A DNA stretch of 61,253 nt, counting the filler. It is 5 parts of 5 records of this genome, joined end to end, with 100 filler letters (N's around TTAATTAATTAA, not from the genome) between each part and the next. Parts side by side here need not be neighbours in the genome. Positions count along the whole stretch, not along the records: positions 21,248 to 35,440 come from DRR723986_6711; positions 35,541 to 41,421 come from DRR723986_6713; 3 more parts are not named here. The stretch is one strand, 5' to 3'. Positions 29,152 through 38,358 of the stretch are shown here, piece after piece. The translations under genes and the position numbers were made by a program. The notes under the pieces are model-generated. The model ran no database searches, was not told the DNA's origin, and worked only from the letters and a program-made list of their open reading frames with translations. Numbering within the stretch: the first letter of the stretch is position 1; every line of letters starts with the position of its first letter.

Positions 29152-30330
29152 ATGCGTGATCTGGATGTTCTTGTGCTTGGTGGCGGTGCCGCGGGGCTGA
29201 TGTGTGCGATTGAGGCGGCAAAGCGCGGGCGCAAGGTGCTCGTGATCGACCATGCCAGAAACCCGGCGGAGAAAATTCGCATTTCCGGCGGAGGGCGCTG
29301 CAACTTCACGAATATTCATTGTTCGCCGGCTAATTTCCTCTCCCGGAACCCGAGGTTCTGCGTCTCCGCGCTGAAGCGCTATACCCAGCAGGACTTCCTG
29401 AAACTGGTCGAAAAACACCGCATTTCCTGGCACGAGAAGACACTCGGCCAGCTCTTTTGCGACAACAGCGCCAAGGACATCATTCGGATGCTGCTGGCCG
29501 AGCTGGAAGCGGCCGGCGGCATGTTACAGCTGGAAACGGACATCAAGGCGATTGAAAAACCCGACGACCGGTTTTCCGTGTCAACGTCCAAAGGGCCGTT
29601 GCGGGCGGCATCGCTTGTTGTGGCGACAGGCGGGCCTTCGATCCCCAAGATGGGCGCGACTGGCTTCGGCTATGATCTGGCCAAGCGCTTCGGCCACAAC
29701 GTGATTGCCCCGCGCGCGGCGCTGGTGCCGCTGACCTTTTCCGATACCAACAAGGAACTGTGCGGCCGGCTTGCCGGTGTCTCGGTGGATGCGGTCGTTT
29801 CGTTCCAGAAGACGTCCTTTCGCGAAGGCCTGCTCTTCACGCATCGTGGTCTGTCCGGGCCGTCGGTGCTGCAGATTTCGTCCTATTGGCAGGAAGGCAA
29901 GCCGATCTCGGTCAACTTGTCGCCTGAGGCCGACGTCTTCGAAGCCTTGCGGAGTGCCCGACAGGAGAACCCGAAACAGGATTTGAAGACCGCGCTGGGG
30001 GGACTGCTGCCCAACAGGCTGGCTGACGAACTTTCGCAGGCGTTTGCCCTGAAAGGCCGTCTGGCCGACCAGTCGGACAAGGTCCTGCGCCGGGCGGCAG
30101 AACAGTTGAACCGCTGGCAGCTGACGCCGGTCGGCACCGAAGGCTACCGCACGGCGGAAGTCACGCTTGGTGGCGTGAACACAAAGGAACTCTCCTCCAA
30201 GACCATGGAAAGCACGAAGGTGCCGGGCCTCTATTTCATCGGTGAGGTGGTCGATGTCACCGGCCATCTCGGCGGCTTCAATTTCCAGTGGGCCTGGTCG
30301 TCCGGTCATGCCGCCGGGCAGGTGGCCTGA
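29152..30330 (+). CDS. HI0933/BaiN-family flavoprotein
   Basis: GGGAAG, ISGGGRCNFTN, LFTHRGLSGP, VTLGGV, GGFNFQWAWSSG. Confidence 0.92.
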   Translation: MRDLDVLVLGGGAAGLMCAIEAAKRGRKVLVIDHARNPAEKIRISGGGRCNFTNIHCSPANFLSRNPRFCVSALKRYTQQDFLKLVEKHRISWHEKTLGQLFCDNSAKDIIRMLLAELEAAGGMLQLETDIKAIEKPDDRFSVSTSKGPLRAASLVVATGGPSIPKMGATGFGYDLAKRFGHNVIAPRAALVPLTFSDTNKELCGRLAGVSVDAVVSFQKTSFREGLLFTHRGLSGPSVLQISSYWQEGKPISVNLSPEADVFEALRSARQENPKQDLKTALGGLLPNRLADELSQAFALKGRLADQSDKVLRRAAEQLNRWQLTPVGTEGYRTAEVTLGGVNTKELSSKTMESTKVPGLYFIGEVVDVTGHLGGFNFQWAWSSGHAAGQVA

Positions 30331-30530
30331 GTTTCGTAATCATCAATTGGTAGAAGACTTTGCGCGGCGCAGCATTTTTTGATGATCGCCCCTCAAAGCT
30401 GGTTATAGTGGCTTGAAAGAAGGCTTGGAACCAAGCCGCTCTTTCACCGTTGCCTTGAGTGTCCTCTTCCCGCGGAAAAGGTCTGTGCCGGTGCGAAGTA
30501 ACGGCAAATGGCTGACGTCCGGGGGGATGA

Positions 30531-31598
30531 ATGAAGCGCGTAACGATCCACGATGTGGCCGAAACAGCGGGTGTCAGCCTGGCAACGGTTGATCGTGTCC
30601 TCAACGGGCGGCCGGGTGTCCGGAAGGTCACCATCGAAAAGGTCAAGCAGGCCGTCGAGGCGCTGAACTACAAACCGGATGTCTTTGCCGCCGGCCTTGC
30701 CAAGAAACGGGTCTACCGCCTGCACTTCCTCATTCCAAATGGCCCGAACGCCTTCATGGAAGACCTGACTCGCGAAGCGCTGTCCCACGCCGAAACCATG
30801 AGCGGTGACCGCATGCATGTGCATGTCGAGCCAATCGACGCCTTCGACGGGCACAGGGTGGCCGGTACGCTTGCGATCCTCGACCGCTCGCAGTGCGACG
30901 GTGTCGCGGTGGTCGCGCCCGCGTTCCCGGAGGTTCAGGCAGCCATCGACCGGTTGCAGGACAGGGGGGTGCCCGTCGTGACGCTGGTCTCCGATCATCC
31001 TTCCTCCAGCCGCCAGCATTTTGTCGGCATCGACAACGTCGCCGCCGGGCGCACCGCCGGACGGTTGCTAGGTCGCTTCCTGCCCAGATCCCCGGCCAAA
31101 GTCGCCATCATTGCCGGATCGCTTGGCCTTCGCGATCATGCGGAGCGCTATCAGGGCTGCCGGGCGGTCATAGAGCAGGACTATCCCCATCTGGAATTGC
31201 TGAAGGTGCGTGAGGGGAGGGACGACAACGCCCGCAATGCGGACCTGATGCGAAAGCTTCTTGCGGAACATCCCGATCTTGCCGGGCTCTACAATATCGG
31301 CGCGGGCAACCGCGGCACGATTGCGGCCCTGAAGGAAAGCGGCCGCAGCCAGGGCATCGTCTTTGTCGGACACGAACTGACGCCCTACACGCGCGAAGCG
31401 CTTCAGGACGACGTGCTGGATGCGGTGATCGCGCAGGACCCGGGTCACGAGATCCGCAGCGCCATCCGCGTCCTGAAAGCGCTTTGTGATGGTGTGCCAA
31501 TCATCGAAGGGCAGGAGCGTATCGGCATCGATGTATTCCTGAAGGACAATCTGCCCGGGGATCTGGAGCCATCAGACACCGCCGGACGACCTGTCTGA
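30531..31598 (+). CDS. LacI-family transcriptional regulator
   Basis: TIHDVAETAGVSLATVDRVLN HTH plus periplasmic-binding-fold domain. Confidence 0.92.
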   Translation: MKRVTIHDVAETAGVSLATVDRVLNGRPGVRKVTIEKVKQAVEALNYKPDVFAAGLAKKRVYRLHFLIPNGPNAFMEDLTREALSHAETMSGDRMHVHVEPIDAFDGHRVAGTLAILDRSQCDGVAVVAPAFPEVQAAIDRLQDRGVPVVTLVSDHPSSSRQHFVGIDNVAAGRTAGRLLGRFLPRSPAKVAIIAGSLGLRDHAERYQGCRAVIEQDYPHLELLKVREGRDDNARNADLMRKLLAEHPDLAGLYNIGAGNRGTIAALKESGRSQGIVFVGHELTPYTREALQDDVLDAVIAQDPGHEIRSAIRVLKALCDGVPIIEGQERIGIDVFLKDNLPGDLEPSDTAGRPV

Positions 31599-31660
31599 TC
31601 CCGGCAACGGGGCGTCTTTCCGGCATTCCTGCCAAAAAGTCGCCTCTCACACTCAAATTT

Positions 31661-31675
31661 TGAATTGACCTTTCA
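31661..31675. promoter_or_regulatory. Putative IRO box (TGA-N9-TCA) upstream of rirA
   Basis: TGA-ATTGACCTT-TCA, 24 nt before the ATG. Confidence 0.5.
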
Positions 31676-31699
31676 GATCGCGCACCTCATATCTATGGC

Positions 31700-32164
31700 A
31701 TGCGTTTGACACAACAGACAAACTATGCCGTGCGCGCGCTGATGTACTGCGCCGTCAACCCGGACAAACCAAGCAAGGTCGCGGATATCGCGGCCAGCTT
31801 CGACATGTCCGAAACCCACCTGTTCAAGATCATGAAGGTTCTGGTCGATGCAAATCTGATCAAGACCATTCGTGGCCGGAACGGCGGGGTCATGCTGGCT
31901 CGTCCGGCAGAGAATATTTCGGTTGGCGAAGTTGTCCGCGCCGCCGAGGAAAGCTTCCTTCTTGCCGAATGTTTCGACAGTGGCCGCAAGGATTGCCCGC
32001 TCATCATGTCCTGCGGCTTCAATGGCCTGCTGCATGAAGCGCTCGAGGCGTTCATGGAAGTTCTGGACGGCAAGTCGATTGCCGACCTTTCGGAGGACCG
32101 CTTCGGCATGCGCGATCTCCTGAAGATCGAAATGACCAAGGCTCCGATCGCGGCCAACGCGTAA
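31700..32164 (+). CDS. rirA: Iron-responsive Rrf2-family regulator RirA
   Basis: MRLTQQTNYAVRALMYCA, RGRNGG, ECF...CPL...C Fe-S ligands; adjacent to hemP. Confidence 0.85.
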   Translation: MRLTQQTNYAVRALMYCAVNPDKPSKVADIAASFDMSETHLFKIMKVLVDANLIKTIRGRNGGVMLARPAENISVGEVVRAAEESFLLAECFDSGRKDCPLIMSCGFNGLLHEALEAFMEVLDGKSIADLSEDRFGMRDLLKIEMTKAPIAANA

Positions 32165-32189
32165 GGTTTTGTCGACATAAAAAGTTTCG

Positions 32190-32219
32190 AAGGCGCCACC
32201 ATCCGGTCGGCGCCTTTTT
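32190..32219 (+). terminator. Intrinsic terminator after rirA
   Basis: AAGGCGCC...GGCGCCTT followed by T residues. Confidence 0.8.
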
Positions 32220-32453
32220 CGTTTCGTATGTCTCGAACATGTGACGATTGGTCGGGAAAAGGAAAGGCATGCCACGCGACTTGCGCGGGCGCTCTCAAAG
32301 AAAAGGCCGGGCTGGCTTGCCGCTGAGGGAGAGGAGAGGGCGGTTGGCTGGCCTGGCATTTGTCACTCCGGTTGCCCGGAGGTCCTGTCTAATCCGAAAC
32401 CAGAGGACGCGATTTCCGGTTCCGTTTCGATCAGGCATTGCCTTGATAGGAAA

Positions 32454-32501
32454 ACTTGAGTATGAGTGTCAAGTATAAAGTTGAGTTTGAAACTCATCTT
32501 T
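32454..32501. promoter_or_regulatory. Two tandem IRO-like boxes upstream of hemP
   Basis: ACT-TGA-GTATGAGTG-TCA-AGT (core 32457-32471) and TGA-GTTTGAAAC-TCA (32482-32496), both TGA-N9-TCA with extended symmetry. Confidence 0.75.
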
Positions 32502-32589
32502 TGATTCCGATGTCCCACCGCTCCGCTAAGAAGCTGATTTTTTGAACAGTTTCAGGAGCAACACAAAGGCCAAGGACCGATTGCGCGCA

Positions 32590-32805
32590 ATGACACCGAC
32601 CGCCAACAGCCAGAAGCACCGCCTCTCCCTGGGTTCCAGCAGCCGCGCTACGCGCGCCTTTGCGGCAACACCGCCGCGTGAGCAGAAATCGGAGCTCGAC
32701 ACGCGCGACCTGTTCAGCGGCCAGCGCCAGATCCAGATCCGCCACAACGACGAAACCTACCGTCTGTCGATCACCAAGCAGGGCAAGTTGATCCTGACGA
32801 AATGA
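32590..32805 (+). CDS. hemP: Hemin uptake protein HemP/HmuP
   Basis: LDTRDLF...IQIRHNDETYRLSITKQGKLILTK signature. Confidence 0.92.
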   Translation: MTPTANSQKHRLSLGSSSRATRAFAATPPREQKSELDTRDLFSGQRQIQIRHNDETYRLSITKQGKLILTK

Positions 32806-32921
32806 TTTTGCCGGGCTGACATCCCTTCCCTTTTGCGGGGAAGGGGTGCGGCAGAGGGAGCGCCCTCTCTATAGACTGCGATATGCCCGGCGCTCTCACC
32901 ACAGCCTTTCGTTCTCCACCT

Positions 32922-34115
32922 TCAAGCCGTATCGATCAGAGCTTCTTCGGGTGCCGAATGGCGTTCGACGCGGATGGGTTGGCGCACGCCTGCGGCCTGG
33001 TGGAAATGTTCCAGCCGCCGGATGGTGGTGGGCGTCAGCATGTGGCCGCGGGACAGAACCAGTTCGTGACCGGTTTCGGTCAAGGCGTCGTCGATCAGCA
33101 CATCACCCGGCCGCAGAGAGCGGATGTAGCATTCGGCAACAAGTCTTTTGCGCTCCTCCGGCACGTCATCCATCAGCGTTTCCTTGGCCAGCTCCAGCAG
33201 CATCGGATCGTATTTGCGCTTGTTGATGGTAAGCGCCTCGAAGGCCGCTGCATCCGGTCCGCTTTCCGGGCTTGCATACCACAGATCCGTCAAGAGCTTG
33301 AGGATGCGGGCAATCATCGGGATTTCCTTGCCCGTCGGCCCGTCCTTGGGGAAACCCGAGCCGTCGAAACCGCGGCCGGATAGAAACAGGTATTCGGAGA
33401 CTTTCTCCAGTTGCGGTATGTTCTTCAAAAGATCCCGGGTCTGGTCCGGTGCCCGGTCCAGGATATTGCGCTCCTGCTCGGTCAGGCCGCGTGCGGCCCG
33501 GTAGCGGGCAAGGATCTGTTTCGGCAGCAACGCCTCGCCAAGCGGTGACAACATCACCGACATTTCCAGTTCCCAGGTTTTCTTCATCCCCAGGCGTTTG
33601 GCCAGCCGCAGGGCCTGTTTGCGAACCGTGCTCGTGCGCCGGAACGCTTCCGGGTGGAAGAGCGCCAGCATGTCGATCAACAACTTGACGGATCCGGCAA
33701 GTGTCCGCTCCAGCAGCGCGCGGTCCTTGGCGAGCTGAAAATGATGGGAAAGAGCTGTTTCCATGGCGCTGGCCAGATCTGTCGATTGACAGGGCTTTTC
33801 CAGATACATGAAGGCATGGGCCTCATTGAGCGTCTTTTTGATCGCATCTGCCGAGTTTTCCCGGGTCAGCATGACCCGCGCGGCTTGAGGCACAATGGTC
33901 TCCGCTGCTCGCAGAAAGGCCGTTCCGCCGCGGCCCGGCAGATTGAAACAGGAAAAAATGACGGCTGTGCCATGGTTCTGCTTCAGAAACTGCAATGCAG
34001 CTTCCGTTTCGGAAAAGCAGGCAACCCTCATGTGACTGCCGAACAGGCGTTCAAAGCCTGCCTGAACGTCCTTGTCCGGATCGGCAACGACTACCAGGTC
34101 CGTGCCTTTTTCCAT
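32922..34115 (-). CDS. Atypical response regulator with degenerate HD-GYP-like domain
   Basis: REC-like N-terminus (VIFSCFNLPG, VMLT, YLEKP) followed by FDGSGFP, IPMIARIL, YDP. Confidence 0.75.
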   Translation of the reverse strand: MEKGTDLVVVADPDKDVQAGFERLFGSHMRVACFSETEAALQFLKQNHGTAVIFSCFNLPGRGGTAFLRAAETIVPQAARVMLTRENSADAIKKTLNEAHAFMYLEKPCQSTDLASAMETALSHHFQLAKDRALLERTLAGSVKLLIDMLALFHPEAFRRTSTVRKQALRLAKRLGMKKTWELEMSVMLSPLGEALLPKQILARYRAARGLTEQERNILDRAPDQTRDLLKNIPQLEKVSEYLFLSGRGFDGSGFPKDGPTGKEIPMIARILKLLTDLWYASPESGPDAAAFEALTINKRKYDPMLLELAKETLMDDVPEERKRLVAECYIRSLRPGDVLIDDALTETGHELVLSRGHMLTPTTIRRLEHFHQAAGVRQPIRVERHSAPEEALIDTA

Positions 34116-34291
34116 TCACGGCTCCTTTCACAGGAAGCAGACCCGCCGGGAAAACTTCCGCAGGTACACCCCCTGGATGATATTCTCATGAGACTGATAA
34201 CAAATACTTGCAATAATTCTCGACATACCAACACCGGCTCTGATGAAAATCGATGGTGGTCTTTGCCGCCCGCCTTGAACTATAAGGCCGC

Positions 34292-35440
34292 ATGTTCGAC
34301 GTCCTGATTGCCGGTGCCGGTCCGGCTGGCCTCTTTGCTGCGGAGCGCCTGTCCGAAAACGGGTATAGCGTTGTGGTTATCGACCGCATGCCCTCGCCCG
34401 CGCGCAAGTTCCTGATGGCTGGCCGCGGCGGCCTGAACCTGACCCACAGCGAAGACCTGACCGCGTTCCTCGCGCGCTACCGGCAGGCCGAACCCTTTTT
34501 GGCGCCCTTGATCCAGGAATTTCCGCCCGAAAGGCTGCGTCGCTGGTGCGAAGACCTTGGCGAAGAAAGCTTTGTCGGCAGTAGCGGACGGGTCTTCCCG
34601 AAATCCATGAAGGCCTCCCCCTTGCTGCGCGCCTGGTTGCGCCGGCTGGATGCCAATGGCGTCCGCCTGCTGACCCGGCATGCACTTTTTGCCATTGAAG
34701 GAGACGGACCGCTTCAACTCAGGACACGGGATGAAACTGCCGCCGAAGACACTGAAGGCGCCCTGCAATCCCTCACTGCACGTGCCTGCCTTCTGACCAT
34801 GGGTGGTGCAAGTTGGCCGAAGCTCGGTTCCAACGCCGCGTGGGTGCCGATGCTGGAAGAACGCGGTGTTCGCATCAACCGGTTCCAGCCGGCAAATTGC
34901 GGCTTTCAGACCGGCTGGAGCGATTTCTTGAAAGAACGGTTTGCAGGTACGCCGCTCAAACGTATCGCCCTGTCCCATGGCGGGAAAAGGGTGCAAGGGG
35001 AGGCGGTCTTGACGGCTCAGGGCCTTGAAGGTGGTGCCGTCTACGCCTTGTCCGCCGAACTGCGCGAAACAATCAACGAAACCGGTTCGGCGACACTGCA
35101 CATTGATCTGCGGCCGCAGGCCGGAATTGAGGAGCTGGCAGCGAAACTCTCAAGACCCCGGGGCAAGCAGTCTGCAGCCACGTTCCTCAAGAAGGTCCTT
35201 CGGCTGAGCCCCGTTGAAATGGCGCTGCTGCGCGAAGCCGGCGATGTCCCTTCCGATCCGGAAAGCCTCGCACGCTGCATCAAGGCCGTTCCCGTTGTTC
35301 TGGACGCGCCCTATTCCATCGACCGGGCGATCTCTTCCGCCGGTGGCATCGCGCTGGACGAACTGGACGAAGGCATGATGCTCAAGAAGATGCCCGGCAT
35401 CTTTGCCGCTGGTGAAATGCTGGACTGGGAAGCGCCGACG
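34292..35440 (+). CDS. Second HI0933-family flavoprotein, truncated by the spacer
   Basis: GAGPAG, KFLMAGRGGLNLTHSE, GLEGG, AISSAGG, GEMLDWEAPT. Confidence 0.88.
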
Positions 35441-35540
35441 NNNNNNNNNNNNNNNNNNNNNNNNNNNNNNNNNNNNNNNNNNNNTTAATTAATTAANNNN
35501 NNNNNNNNNNNNNNNNNNNNNNNNNNNNNNNNNNNNNNNN
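35441..35540. other. Artificial contig spacer
   Basis: N44-TTAATTAATTAA-N44. Confidence 0.98.
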
Positions 35541-35541
35541 T

Positions 35542-36354
35542 TTCACCGACCGCGACGGCAAGATGCAGCTGGAAAGCCTGGCGCAATCGGGGTTTGACCC
35601 GCTCTCGCGCACCTGCCGCTTTATGCTGACCGAAGAAGCCCACCATATGTTTGTGGGCGAAACCGGGGTGGGGCGCACCATTCAGGCCACTTGCGAGGCG
35701 ATGAACCGCGCGGGCATCGGCGACCCGTTCGATATTGATAAAATCCGCGATCTGGGTGTGATCGACCTGCCGACCATCCAGAAAAAGCTGAACCTGCATT
35801 ACACGCTGTCGCTGGATCTGTTTGGCCAAGAGGTATCAACCAACGCCGCCAACGCCTTTAATGCAGGCATCAAGGGCCGCTACATGGAGGCGCGCATCGA
35901 TGATGACCACCAGCTGACGGGCGATACCTACCCTGTGTGGGATCTGGTCGATGGCAAGCTGGTGCGCCACGAGGTGCCGGCACTGACCGCCATCAACATG
36001 CGCCTGCGCGATGATTACACCCGCGATGCGGCCGGCGGTGTTGGGCGCTGGAACAAGCTGATCGAAAAGGCCGGCATCCAGTTTGAAATGACCCTGCCGC
36101 ACGAGGCGTTTAACCGCAAAATCGGGGTGTTCGCCGATAAGCCGTTTGATCCGCAAGGCACCATGCTCAGCCCAGAAGAGCATGCCGCGCGCATAAAAGA
36201 CTGGCTGCCAACCAAGGCCGATGGTGATTTCATCCAGTCGCTGATGAAGCCCTGCTACGAGCCCGGAAAATACGCCAGCTGGATTGCGCCGCCGAAAGTG
36301 GGCATCGATAACAAGCCCGGCGATTTCGAATATGTGAAACTGCACATGGCCTAA
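35542..36354 (+). CDS. boxB: Benzoyl-CoA 2,3-epoxidase diiron subunit, 5'-truncated
   Basis: FTDRDGK, FMLTEEAHHMFVGETG, SLDLFG.E.STNAA, DFEYV. Confidence 0.93.
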   Translation, partial: FTDRDGKMQLESLAQSGFDPLSRTCRFMLTEEAHHMFVGETGVGRTIQATCEAMNRAGIGDPFDIDKIRDLGVIDLPTIQKKLNLHYTLSLDLFGQEVSTNAANAFNAGIKGRYMEARIDDDHQLTGDTYPVWDLVDGKLVRHEVPALTAINMRLRDDYTRDAAGGVGRWNKLIEKAGIQFEMTLPHEAFNRKIGVFADKPFDPQGTMLSPEEHAARIKDWLPTKADGDFIQSLMKPCYEPGKYASWIAPPKVGIDNKPGDFEYVKLHMA

Positions 36355-36361
36355 GGCCCAA

Positions 36362-36387
36362 GGCCCGGGTGCAGCTGTGCCCGGGCC
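36362..36387 (+). other. GC-rich hairpin 3' of boxB
   Basis: GGCCCGGG-N10-CCCGGGCC, with no U-tract on the + strand. Confidence 0.6.
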
Positions 36388-36417
36388 AAAATTCTTGCGC
36401 GAAAAACGGAGAAGATC

Positions 36418-36579
36418 ATGGCCATCGAACGCAAAGCAGTGCCCACCAAAGCGCCCGTTTCCAACGCCGCACTGGCGGGCTGTTTGGGCTGCACTGATTG
36501 TGGCGGCGCCTGCTGGCACGCCCTGCAAATGCGTATGCTGCCCGAGGCGGTATTGCACGCCAAGGGGCAGGCGCAATGA
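36418..36579 (+). CDS. Small 53-aa Cys-rich protein (CxxCxxCxxxC), below the ORF-track cutoff
   Basis: GGAG RBS, MAIERKAVPTKAPVSNAALAGCLGCTDCGGACWHALQMRMLPEAVLHAKGQAQ, stop overlaps the boxA start (ATGA). Confidence 0.75.
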   Translation: MAIERKAVPTKAPVSNAALAGCLGCTDCGGACWHALQMRMLPEAVLHAKGQAQ

Positions 36580-37766
36580 ACAAACCCTTCAAGCAGCATC
36601 TGATCGATCCAGAAATCTGCATTCGCTGCTACACCTGCGAAATGACCTGCCCGGTGGGCGCCATTCAACACGATGACAATAACGTGGTGGTCGATGCGGA
36701 TGCGTGCAATTTCTGCATGGATTGCATCCCCGTTTGCCCCACCGGATCGATCGATGAATGGCGCGTTGTCACCCAGCCCTACAGTGTAGACGAGCAATTT
36801 GGCTGGGATGAGCTGCCCGCGCAGGCCGAGATTACCCAATCCGAGGCTGATGGCGGGCTAGAGGCCATTGATGATGCGATCGCAGCGCTTTTGGCCGATG
36901 CCCATGCCGGGGCCGGGGGGCGCGCGGTGGCGCCGCAGTCTGCGGCGAAACCTGCGGTGAACACCTATAACCTTGGCAACCCGATCGAGGCGACGGTGCA
37001 GGGCAATTACCGCCTGACCGAAAACAGCGCCGATATCGACATTCGCCACATCATTTTGAATTTCGATGGCAAACCTTTCAAGGTGCTGGAAGGCCAAAGC
37101 ATTGGCATTATCCCGCCCGGCCAGGGCCCCGATGGCAAGCCCCATCTGCCGCGGCTTTATTCGGTCTCCAGCCCCCGCGATGGCGAGCGCCCGAATTACG
37201 GCAACCTGTCTTTGACCGTCAAACGCGAAGAGGGGGGGCTGTGCTCAAACTATGTGTGCGATCTGAAACCGGGTGACAAACTGCAGGTAACGGGCCCCTT
37301 TGGCGCCACCTTCCTCTTGCCCGAAGACCCGCAGGCGCGGCTGTTGATGATTTGCACAGGCACCGGATCGGCGCCGATGCGGGCCTTTACCATGCGCCGC
37401 CAGCGCACCTTGGGGGCAAATTCGGGGGGCATGACCATGTTCTTTGGCGCGCGCAGCCCCGAAACGCTGCCCTATTTTGGCCCCTTGGCAAAGGTGCCTG
37501 AAACGCTGCTGAAAACCCATATGGTGTTCAGCCGCGTGCCGGGCCAGCCCAAGGAATACGTGCAAGACCGCTTGCGCCAGCAAGAAGAAGACGTGGCCGA
37601 AATGTTGGCAGACCCCAATACCCATATCTACATCTGCGGTCTGCGCGGCATGGAAGAGGGCGTGGAAAAGGCCTTTGCCAATATCGCCGAAAGCATGGGC
37701 GCACAATGGGTTGCCCTGCGCGACACGATGCGACAAGAGGGGCGTTACCACGTCGAAACCTATTAA
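36576..37766 (+). CDS. boxA: Benzoyl-CoA 2,3-epoxidase reductase subunit
   Basis: QHLIDPEICIRC, two 4Fe-4S motifs, RLYSVSS, CTGTGSAP, YICGL, HVETY (FNR fold). Confidence 0.94.
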   Translation: MNKPFKQHLIDPEICIRCYTCEMTCPVGAIQHDDNNVVVDADACNFCMDCIPVCPTGSIDEWRVVTQPYSVDEQFGWDELPAQAEITQSEADGGLEAIDDAIAALLADAHAGAGGRAVAPQSAAKPAVNTYNLGNPIEATVQGNYRLTENSADIDIRHIILNFDGKPFKVLEGQSIGIIPPGQGPDGKPHLPRLYSVSSPRDGERPNYGNLSLTVKREEGGLCSNYVCDLKPGDKLQVTGPFGATFLLPEDPQARLLMICTGTGSAPMRAFTMRRQRTLGANSGGMTMFFGARSPETLPYFGPLAKVPETLLKTHMVFSRVPGQPKEYVQDRLRQQEEDVAEMLADPNTHIYICGLRGMEEGVEKAFANIAESMGAQWVALRDTMRQEGRYHVETY

Positions 37767-37782
37767 CCTTCGGTGATCTTAC

Positions 37783-38229
37783 ATGGCCCAGTCGCCCCAA
37801 GCCCCAAATTTTGTTCATGAAATTCGTGTCACTTGGGGCGATTGTGACCCAGCGCGCATCGCCTATACCGCCCGTTTGCCCTGGTTTGCACTGGATGCCA
37901 TCAACGCCTGGTGGGAGCACCACCTGGGCGGCGATGGCTGGTATCAGATGGAGCTGGATCGCGGCTATGGCACGCCTTTTGTGCATATGAGCATGGATTT
38001 CGCCTCGCCCGTCACGCCGCGCCATCGGTTGATGTTGCAGGTCGATCCCACCAAACTGGGCGACACATCTATCGCCTTTCGGGTGATTGGGCGCCAAAAT
38101 GGTGTGCTGTGTTTTACGGGCCGGTTTGTGTGCGTTTTCATCAAATCTGATGATTTCACCAAGCGCCAACCGCCTGTGGAAATCGCCCAGATGGTAACAC
38201 CACTTTTGGTGGCAGATACGCCGGCCTAG
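37783..38229 (+). CDS. Hot-dog acyl-CoA thioesterase (4HBT-like)
   Basis: VTWGDCDPARIAY, in the box cluster. Confidence 0.85.
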   Translation: MAQSPQAPNFVHEIRVTWGDCDPARIAYTARLPWFALDAINAWWEHHLGGDGWYQMELDRGYGTPFVHMSMDFASPVTPRHRLMLQVDPTKLGDTSIAFRVIGRQNGVLCFTGRFVCVFIKSDDFTKRQPPVEIAQMVTPLLVADTPA

Positions 38230-38277
38230 GCTGGGCGCTTTTGTGCAACCGGCTTGGCGGTTTGGTGCTTAATTTCG

Positions 38278-38321
38278 TTGTCTTTGCGTTCATTTGCGCT
38301 ATAATATGTAATATAGTGCAT
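38278..38321 (+). promoter_or_regulatory. Sigma-70 promoter and adjacent putative BoxR operator
   Basis: TTGTCT-N16-TATAAT (38278-38305) followed by the imperfect palindrome ATGTAA-TATA-GTGCAT. Confidence 0.55.
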
Positions 38322-38358
38322 AAAAGCGGTGCAAAAGCCGCGCGACCGGCGAGGGCCC

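Noticed and set aside
32823-32845. CCCTTCCC/GGGAAGGG hairpin between hemP and the convergent gene
   Set aside because: Probably an ordinary terminator-like structure; no U-tract to call it firmly
36377-36676. 99-aa Cys-containing ORF and the extended boxA start at 36498
   Set aside because: The 53-aa frame at 36418 has the RBS, the Cys motif and the ATGA coupling; boxA homology begins at MNKPFKQHLIDP (36576)
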